Assembly: GCA_010909165.1 (NCBI GenBank)
Contig: VJWM01000440.1
Span: forward strand, 1 to 6,992
Direction: 5' to 3'
DNA length: 6,992 nucleotides
Source of the DNA: Anthoceros angustus
Taxonomy: Eukaryota > Plantae > Anthocerotophyta
In this document: positions 1-6,992 of the stretch, piece by piece
Layout: every line of letters begins with the position of its first letter
How positions within the stretch are numbered: the first letter of the stretch is position 1
The notes under the pieces: generated by a model
What the model saw: the letters and a program-made list of their open reading frames with translations, nothing else
Databases searched by the model: none
What the model was told of the DNA's origin: nothing
Translations under genes and position numbers: made by a program

Positions 1-1025
1 GGTCCCAGCTCCGGACCCCTTACTGCGGACCCCTTCTTGCTGGTCCTCATCCCTTGACCCTTGTCTTGGGTGGTTTGGCTCCTCCTTCCGCCCCCTTCGG
101 GCGCCCCCATCTTCCGGCGGGTTGCGGACTTACCACAGGATTCGTTGTATTGGCGTCACTCCTCCCTGAGGCTCTTCTCCCCGCTTCCGTCGTCTCCAAG
201 CAGGGGCCACTAGGGTCCCGTCTTTGTCCCCATGCCCTTCATCCCTTGAGCCTTCCGGTCCTCTAATGTGGTGAGGCTTCAATGCCTTAAGGAGCTCGGC
301 GTGGTAGTAGGCAAAATCCGAGTCAATTCTTTGGATTGCCTCTTCCACATGTGTGCAAATACTCCCTTTCGCCATTGGTGCTCGGGAGGCTGGGCGTCTT
401 TGTCAAACTTCTTTGGACCATCCTCTGCCGAGTTTTGTGGGCGGGCCGAATCTCGTGAGGCCACAGGCCTCGGTCACCTCCACCGCAACCTTGCTGTTGC
501 TCACTTTGCTCCGGCTCCGTCGTTTCCGCTCACGCTTACGCCATAGCGCGGCGCTCCTTCCGCCTTCCTTAAGCTGGACCGGCTTCTTTTGCGTCCGGTG
601 CTCTCGCTCCCGTTTACGGCGTTAGCTCGCCATCTCCCTCTCAGCGGTGAACTCTGCCCGGTGCGGGCTTTCGAGGTCCTTCTCCATTTGACGTCACGCT
701 CCTGTTCCATCGCCCCTTCCTCCGTCCCAGCTGGGCCGCTCTATTCTCGTTCGTGATCCGATCACGCCTATTCCTCTCAATGGTAACTTGGGCTGACTCG
801 AGTCTCTCTTGCGGTCTTCCATCTCCACGCGCTCCACCTCCGCAGCGGGGCGATCCTCCATCTCCTTGCATGGCTTCCTCCTCCTCGGCATGGTGGCCGT
901 ACACTCCGCCGCCTCCTGCCTTCTTGAGTTAGCAGCTATCCTGCCGTCTCCCTCCACCGTTCCGATCGCGATAGTGATCACGGTCTTAGCTTCCGCCTCC
1001 CTTCGCCTTCACAGGCTTCGCCCAC

Positions 1026-2842
1026 TTGGCGTGGTCGGTCGGGCCGCCTCCAGTCACGAGCCTTCTCCGCGGGCCTCCTCTGCCTCTGCTGCGCTACTCC
1101 TCTCCGCTGCGAGGTCTTACCCGTGCTTGGGCCTCACATGTGCACTGCTTTTGCTCACCCAATTTGAAGTCAGTCTGTCGAATGGACGGACTTCCCTCTC
1201 GGCCTCCCCTTCTTGATGCGGCCGAGGCTTCCTCCTCCTTGCCTCTGGGCGCCTCCATGCTCTGGAGGAGCACCATCGCCTCGGGTGGCTTCTACTTCTG
1301 GGTCTTCTCGTCCAGAGACCCCGCATCTCCATGGCGGTAGCAGGACCGTGTGTTTCTTCCGGCCGCCATTGAGACCCCACAAAGTCCGTAGTGGGAGGCG
1401 GGCATTTCACGGTCCAAGGACCTCCATACAGCGATCAGTAAGTCGGGTTCTCCGGACCTAATCGGGCCCCTTAGGTCACGATTGCTGCTCGGAGCTTCAC
1501 CCTCCTTAGCCCTCTTGGCCAATTCCTATTGCCCTCTTTGTCACAGGGCTCGGAGGGTGAGGGTTCGAGGCGGCCTTGCCTCTCCCGGTCGGCAGCAGGG
1601 GCCCAGCTCGAGTGGGGTTCGTGACCCCACTCCTTGGCGTCCTTTACGCTCTTCTTGCCTCTTGACCTCTTGCCACTCCGTGGCGGGTAGAGCCACAGCA
1701 CCGCACAGGGGTCTGTTAGCGGATGGCACCGTCTTCCCTCTTGATTGCGAGTCGTCGGGGCTCCTCTGCTGCGTGTGGTGTTGTCGGCGTCGGACCCTCT
1801 CTGCTTGCGCTCTGGAGGCACCAAGAGGAGGAAGCGGGGATATCTTCCACACTTCCACAGGTGGTGAGGGGTCCGCTCAGACGTATGGAGTCAGTATCCC
1901 TTCGATCGTCCTCCTCCACGACTCGTTTGGCTTGGTCGGCCGGGCCGCCTCGGCCAGTCGCGAGCCTTCTCTGCTTGCGCCGGGCCTCCTCTGCCTCTGC
2001 TGCGCTACCCCTCTCCGCTGAGGTCTTGACCAGCTTGGGCCTCCATGCTGCCTTGCTCACCCGGTGAAGGAATTTAGTCGTCTGTCGAATGGACGGACTT
2101 CCCTCGGCCTCCGTTTCCCTTCTTGATGCGGCCGAGCTTACGCCTTCCTCCTCGCCTCTGGGCCGCCTCCAATTGCTCACTGGAGGAGCACCATCGCCTG
2201 GTGGCTTCTACTTCACAGGTCTTCTCATGTCCCATGAGAGACCTCATCCATGGTGGCAGCCGTGTCTCTTCCACGGCCGCCCTGAGAGGCCCCAAAAGTC
2301 CGTAGTGGGAGGCGGGCATCTCACGGTCCGCCAAGGACCTCCACACCGATCGGAGCAAGTCGGTGGGTTCTCGGACCTAATCGGGTCCCTTAGGTCGATT
2401 GCGGTCGGAGCTTCCTCCTTGGCCCTCTTGGCCCAATTCCTTATTGCCCTCTTAGTCACAGGGCTCGGAGGGTGAGGGTGACCCCTTGCCTCTCCCGGTC
2501 GGCAGCAGGCCCGGCTCAGTGGGGTTCTTGCCCGGTGACCTTGCTCCTTGGGCGTCCTACGCTCTTCTCACGCCTCTTGACCTCTTGCCACTCCGTGGGG
2601 GGGCGAGCCTGAGCACCCAGGAGTCCTGCGTGGTGCGTCTTCCGCCTCTTGATTGCCCGGAGTTCGTCGGGGCTCCTCTGCCGTTGTGGGTGGTGGGTGT
2701 TGAGTCGGGGCCGTCTCCTGCTTTTTTGCTCGTGAGGCACCAAGAGGAGGAAGCGGGGATATCTTCCACTTCCCTAGGTGGTGAGGGGTCCGTTCAGGGC
2801 GTATGAGTCAGTATCCCTTCGATCGTCCTCCTCCGGACCCGT
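1026..2842. repeat. Tandem direct duplication, 2 copies of about 900-915 bp (1026-1926 and 1927-2842)
   Basis: Colinear exact anchors: gtctgtcgaatggacggacttccctc 1173/2080; aaagtccgtagtgggaggcgggcat 1381/2295; gaggcaccaagaggaggaagcggggatatcttccac 1815/2734; gagtcagtatcccttcgatcgtcctcctcc 1888/2805. Offsets are 907-919. ttggc occurs at the unit boundaries (1026, 1927, 2843). Confidence 0.95.
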
Positions 2843-3089
2843 TTGGCCCTAGGGGTCGGGCCTCTACCTCAGGCGCCTTTGCCGCTCTTACAGTAGGGCC
2901 GCCAACCCTTTCCGGGCGCCGCTCTACCTCCCCATCCTTGAGGAGTCGTAATGTCCCCATACATGGATCGGGTATGGGGATAGTCGACGGTGGCTTCTCG
3001 CTCCTCGGCTTCGGGCCTCTGGTGAACTGGCGAAGATGATCCTTCCCGTCCTCTTGCTTGCCAGCGCATGCGGGAACACCAACAAATTA

Positions 3090-3114
3090 TCACCAAGGTG
3101 ATCCACCTTGGTGA
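3090..3114. repeat. Perfect 11-bp inverted repeat with a 3-nt spacer
   Basis: tcaccaaggtg-atc-caccttggtga; the arms are exact reverse complements. Confidence 0.9.
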
Positions 3115-4102
3115 GCAAGTTCGATGGACAATGATCTCACGCCCTCACCCTCTCCGGTGTCCGATATCAACCGGCCGTTGTGCTGCGTTAAGACTTCGAC
3201 GCCATCGCCCTTGCGCCTCTATCTTTCCCCTCGCCTTGAGGGGCTGCGGACTCGCCCCAACCTCCTCCGTTGGGCGGTTGTAAGCCCCTCGGGACCTCAA
3301 GGTCCATCTCACAGGATCCTCCGGAGGTTCTTGGACGAACCTCCTTGTTGGCCAGCATCTTGAGCGAACTCCGGACGGTGACTTGTCAAGCGTCGAACGG
3401 ACTGGAACACGTCTAAGTGCCACTCTTGACTAATCCTCCGCCTCCTCCGGCCATGGCCCAAAGTCCGGATAGCGGGGTTACAATGTTGCGCTCTACCGGG
3501 TTCCATGGCTCCCATACCTCCATGACCTTCTTGGGTCCCATCGCCTTCTTCTCCTTTCTTGTGGCGATTGCAGAGATCGGCACGATCGCCCTCTTGGTTC
3601 TGCTCCAACCTCAGCGGTGAGCGGCAGATGCTGGCGTTCAAAGAGATAGCGCGAGGCGGGTTGCGGGCGCGAGGCTGCGGTGTCTCGGTCGCCGAGAAAT
3701 GACCCTCCTCGTCGGCGCGTTGGAAATAACGGGGCGGGAGGTGCCTCTTCCACATGTAGCGCGATGCACGCAGCTTACTCGACCTTCGCGCGCGTACTCG
3801 GCCTTCTGCTGCCGCATCCGCGGGCGTGAATACACTATCGGCCTGGCAGTCAGTCTGGCTGCTGCATGCCGACCTCCACTCGGGGCCGTCCACGTGGCGC
3901 CGCTCGATCATCCTCACGACTCAACTTCTAAATTACTTTCCTGGCGTACTTATCTGTTTTGACCGGGAGGGGTCGGACTTATCCGGTCGTGATCCGTAGC
4001 TCGTCGTAGTGCAGGGGTCCGTTACCTCGGTCAGGAGTATACTCGAACGTCCGGAGCACCATCCGTGCTTATTCCTCCTTTCGCCTTATTTACTATTCGG
4101 AC

Positions 4103-4148
4103 CTGAAAAAACAAAACCCCACTTGTTCCTAACCCCCAAGGGAGTCAG
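4103..4148 (-). promoter_or_regulatory. Putative spliceosomal 3' splice site (branch point, U-tract, CAG|G) upstream of ORF-A
   Basis: Minus strand reads CTGAC (4148-4144) ... TTTTGTTTTTTCAG|GT, with the AG at 4104-4103. It is the only long T-tract on this strand nearby, and the first ATG follows about 40 nt downstream (4062). Confidence 0.55.
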
Positions 4149-4215
4149 CCCAGCCCAACCCAGGAGGGTGGGGGGTGACCTCGAGCGGACCCCTCCTTAG
4201 CATGGGAAGAGATTT

Positions 4216-5641
4216 TCAAGGGGACTCCAGCAGCGAGGTGGATGCCGGAGTGGTGAGGGTGCGCACCTTCTTGGGAGGAAAGTGCTCGGCGGGGGATGGC
4301 GTGCAGCGGGGCCGCAGGAGTGGATTTGCGGGGCCCGGCCACATGGTCCGGACTGAGTTGTTGATCAAGCGGCCTTAGCTCTCACATGGCTCGGTGTGCA
4401 GGCGGGCGGGAGGAAGTGGTGAAGAGTGCGGGTTTGTGAAGGAGGCCAAGCGCAAGCAAGCTGGAGGAAGACAAAGCGGGCCCTAGAGGAAATAAGGGCC
4501 AAGATTCGGGAGGATTGTGCAGGGGGCTCGGGAAGTTGCAGGCCATGTCGAGTCGTAGGAGCTCATGGCTCAAATTAAGGATGCCACGACAGAACCGGGA
4601 GATGCGGGGGGAGTTGTTGCGAGCCGAGGAGGCGGGCGGCCTCATGGAGAAGGCCCATAAGGCTGGCGGAGCAGTATAAGCGGGGAGGCGGGATGAGGCA
4701 CGTGGCCGAGCGAGAAAAAAGGAAAGGGAAGCGGGCGGCGGGACCACGACCAGGGTGAGTGGAAGAAGGAACTACAGAAGGAAAGCGGCAACCGAGGTGG
4801 CAGAAACACCTACAGTGGTCGAGCAGACGGCGGTCGTGGAGTCCACTACCGTGGTAGTGGAAAAGCTCAAACGTGGCGCGACCAGGCAGGCGGCAAGGCA
4901 ACAGGTGTGACAGCAGCACCCATAAGGACATGGGACTGGCAGGCACGGTGTAGCCTATGGGAGGAGGGAGGATCGAGCCTACCTATTGCAGTGAGGACCC
5001 GAAGTGGATCGCTTTCTACCACCTGCCCCGGTATGGGGGTTGGCCCCTATTGTCACGGAGGCGACTTTGGAGGAGTGAGGAGGAGGTCCGAGCTTGGGTG
5101 GATGAGGGCAGTAATAATCCTCGGCAGCAGGCGGCAGCGGAAGGCCAGGCTCGAGGCGTACCTCAAATTAGGGCGTCCAGCGGTGGCGGTGAGGTGGAAG
5201 TATTGTGGGAAAACCTAGATCGGATGGTGGCGGGGAGGGCTCGTGGCGGCGGCAATGGAGGGACGAGGGCCCGAGCGGCCAAGTCGAGGAAAGCCTTGAG
5301 ATAAGGTAGCATCCTAAGGATAGATTTGGTTGGGATCTTTGCCTGGACCTAAAGGCACGCTCCAGGTGTGGGCGCGTCCCTTCACGATAACCATCTTAGG
5401 ACCTAAAATCCGGGGCATGGCGCTGACGGGTGTATAAGAGGCGAATTATGCCTCTCCGCAGAGATAATTTGGTTGAGATCCCCACGCCTGTGGTGTTGGA
5501 GGCGATCAGTGCGGAGGCGGGTGTGCGAGCAGCTCTAGGAATGGTCGAGAGCTTGCTCAGGGAGGAGGAAAGGCGATGGGGCATCTTGCGGACAAGGGGA
5601 GGGAACCAAGGGATTGGCGGGCAGTGCGGGAGCTTGCTCAT
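4216..5641 (-). pseudogene. Frameshifted ORF-B, hypothetical Pro/Leu/Ser-rich protein (roughly 470 aa if repaired)
   Basis: ATG at 5641 follows a CT-rich leader. Joinable segments: ASALIASNTTGVGISTKLSLRRGIIRLLY; KSILRMLPYLKAFLDLAARALVPP; QYFHLTATAGRPNLRYASSLAFRCRLLPRIITALIHP (strong C bias at codon position 3); ESDPLRVLTAIGRLDPP; GILNLSHELLRLD; and a C-terminal HFPPKKVRTLTTPASTSLLESP ending in TGA (4218-4216). No homology recognised. Confidence 0.45.
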
Positions 5642-5710
5642 GCCTTTCTTGTGGCCACCTGGCTCTCTCTCCCTTAAGCTCCTTTTCTCGCTAGTTGTGT
5701 TGAAATTAGG

Positions 5711-5772
5711 GTGCGTGTGTGAGTGAGTGGATGCACGAGGGGCGAATCAAGAGAGAGAGAGGAGAGTGAGAG
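5711..5772 (-). repeat. GT/GA simple-sequence tract (CT/CA-rich on the minus strand), 5'-UTR-like for ORF-B
   Basis: gtgcgtgtgtgagtgagt ... agagagagagaggagagtgagag, 70-130 nt upstream of the ATG at 5641. Confidence 0.6.
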
Positions 5773-5945
5773 CAGTTGGGGAAGGAGATTAAAATCTTGT
5801 CAGCGATGCGAGTGCAGAATCGTGAGTGGAAAGGAAGAGAAGAGCAGTGAGAGGTCACGGTCGGGTGGCGTGTGAGAATCGCGAATTGAGCCGGTGTTGT
5901 CTGAAGGAAGTGCGCATGGGGCAGGATCCCGGAAATAGTTATGCG

Positions 5946-6037
5946 CCCTTGGTGTATGTGTATGTGTGTGGATTGGTGTGGGGGCCCATCTGGCCCTGTG
6001 TGTATGTGTGTGTGTGTGGATTGAGTGTAGGGAGGCC
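5946..6037. repeat. Two imperfect tandem copies (~48 bp) of a (GT)n-containing unit
   Basis: cccttggtgtatgtgtatgtgtgtggattggtgtggggg versus ccctgtgtgtatgtgtgtgtgtgtggattgagtgtaggg. Confidence 0.8.
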
Positions 6038-6159
6038 TAGGAATCCCGATTAAAGAGAATCGGTGGGCATAGAGTCAGGGAGTAGAATAACATCCGGACT
6101 ACGGGTGGGGACAACCCGTATTAAAGATTGGCAAGTAGGCGAATCGGTCAGGGTTTGGT

Positions 6160-6170
6160 GTGGGACCCAC
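6160..6170. promoter_or_regulatory. Palindromic GTGGGACCCAC (plant TCP-type site) overlapping a candidate minus-strand splice donor GAG|GTGGGT
   Basis: Matches the TCP consensus GGNCCCAC on both strands. The minus strand reads caccgag|gtgggt with GT at 6170-6169. Function is inferred from motif match only. Confidence 0.3.
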
Positions 6171-6239
6171 CTCGGTGATCGTTCCACTACACAGTAGCTG
6201 CCGGACCGCCGCGGGAGAGCGTGAGGGAAAATCGGAAAC

Positions 6240-6290
6240 GCGAGGGGGAGGTGGTGGTAGGATCGCAAATTCCTAAGGAGGCGTATATAG
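6240..6290 (-). promoter_or_regulatory. Candidate Pol II core promoter (TATA box followed by a pyrimidine-rich start region)
   Basis: Minus strand has CTATATA (6290-6284) in a GC-rich context, followed about 25-30 nt later by ctaccaccacctccccctcgc. Confidence 0.35.
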
Positions 6291-6385
6291 GTGTCCGATA
6301 GCCCCTAGGTCCGTGTTAGAGAAGTGATTTAATAGACTCGAAGGGCGGGTGGTGGCCCGCCATGTTGGAACCGCCACTGGTGGCC

Positions 6386-6992
6386 CTACCACTGGTGGGT
6401 TTGGGCAAGGTAGCGGAGAAGGTGAGTGAGCGACGGGTCTAGAATCCATAGATTTAGCACACCTTGACACAACACCATTCCCTTGGGATCGAATCCTAGG
6501 ACTATAACGACATAGAGGGTAAATGTGGCCTCTTTGCCTTCGGATGCAAAACCCATTCCACAACCAATATCCAAATGTCCTTATCCAACAGAGGTGGAAT
6601 CCATCCGTGCCCAAGCCTTTGTATGTAGACTGCCTCAAAGGCGTAGGAGGAGGAATATGCACCACGGCCCACATGTATATGTCTCCTTGTCACCAATAAC
6701 AAGACCTTTCGTTATGCTGGCTCTAGGCGGAAGTAAGGCTCCCTGGATTTTGCACTGATTGCGCTCCACCACCATTGTGACCCAATGCCTGGGCCCAGCT
6801 TGTTCCACCGCCAATGTCCTCCTCCGCGCCCTGAGGAGAGCATCCATGGTCCCCTCGGTGATGCCTTCCCTTCCCCGCCGCCGCATGATCTCCTCACCTT
6901 TGTATGGGCTGGGACCGTGGATTATCGCGACCTATATCACTGCGGAAGACCACAAGGAACACATGTTGAAGAACGCATAATAGTGCATGAGA
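6386..6992 (-). pseudogene. 3' part of frameshifted ORF-C, possibly SAM-dependent methyltransferase-like (begins outside the window)
   Basis: One frame reads STSVG*GHLDIGCGMGFAS...VIVLGFDPKGMV. LDIGCGMG (6574-6551) matches Rossmann MTase motif I and VLGFD (6502-6488) matches the acidic second strand. The upstream frame VAIIHGPSPYKGEEIMRRRG...HWVTMVVERN is protein-like. Confidence 0.35.

Larger units (their letters stand above)
130..4062 (-). pseudogene. Frameshifted long ORF-A: charged/disordered hypothetical protein with a coiled-coil-like C-terminal part, possibly a TE accessory protein. Ends are approximate and it may run off the left edge.
   Basis: Purine-rich minus strand gives protein-like E/R/K-rich segments that can be joined across frames. 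Examples: MVLRTFEYTPDRGNGPLHYDELR from the ATG at 4062; RRISQEWHLDVFQSVRRL (in ORF 3309-3917); RSVWRSLADREMPASHYGLLGPLRAAVEET; EVERVEMEDRK / ERLESAQVTIERNRRDRITNENRAAQL / MEQERDVK (about 690-840); SICTHVEEAIQRIDSDFAYYHAELLKALK (about 275-365). No domain recognised. Confidence 0.55.
1..6992 (-). mobile_element. Possible internal accessory-ORF region of a large eukaryotic transposable element (family unassigned)
   Basis: Inference only, from densely packed, co-oriented, intron-poor orphan ORFs, a coiled-coil-like ORF and an internal tandem duplication. No transposition enzyme or terminal repeat is seen. Confidence 0.3.

Noticed and set aside
12-35. cggacccctt direct repeat (12-21, 26-35)
   Set aside because: Short, at the window edge, and compatible with local slippage or chance.
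1026-2842. The 0.9-kb direct repeats as an LTR pair
   Set aside because: The copies abut with no internal region, there are no TG...CA ends, PBS or PPT, and they appear to be coding.
3318-3344. cctccggagg palindrome and ggaggttc/gaacctcc hairpin
   Set aside because: Short stems in GC-rich sequence with no U-tract; expected by chance.
54-3962. Many plus-strand ORFs (e.g. 809-1216, 1482-2021, 2089-2475)
   Set aside because: They are Leu/Ser/Pro-rich antisense shadows of the purine-rich minus-strand coding sequence, with no motifs.
4907-5726. Plus-strand ORFs 4957-5304 and 5430-5726 as real genes
   Set aside because: Their G-initial codons mirror the C-ending codons of the in-register minus frame, and the UTR-like signals favour the minus strand. 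Not absolutely excluded.
5946-6037. CRISPR-like repeat
   Set aside because: Only two low-complexity microsatellite units, with no unique spacers or cas genes.
6635-6886. HWVTMVV...TCGPWC resembling a Ulp1/C48 protease His-Cys pair
   Set aside because: His-Cys spacing is only ~39 aa, there is no YDSL-type Asp or oxyanion Gln motif, and the frames are unreliable.

Overview
GC-rich window that looks eukaryotic, possibly plant/streptophyte (inference). No intact, nameable gene, RNA gene or CRISPR array is visible. The best reading is three co-oriented minus-strand coding remnants, each broken by frequent frameshifts. ORF-C (>6992 to ~6386) carries a SAM-methyltransferase-like motif I (LDIGCGMG) followed by a VLGFD strand near its C-terminus. 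ORF-B (~5641-4216) is Pro/Leu/Ser-rich and of unknown function. ORF-A (~4062 to <=130) is long and charged/disordered, with a coiled-coil-like C-terminal part. ORF-A contains a ~0.9-kb tandem duplication (1026-1926 / 1927-2842) whose copies differ largely by 1-5 bp indels, which suggests unpolished long-read error or decay and would also explain the frameshifts. Between ORF-C and ORF-B is a promoter/UTR-like region with TATATA, a TCP-like palindrome, GA and GT microsatellites and clustered GAATC. A well-formed branch point/polypyrimidine/AG acceptor lies just upstream of ORF-A. The layout resembles the accessory-ORF region of a large transposable element, but no gag, RT, integrase, transposase, LTR or TIR is visible, so that call is inference only.
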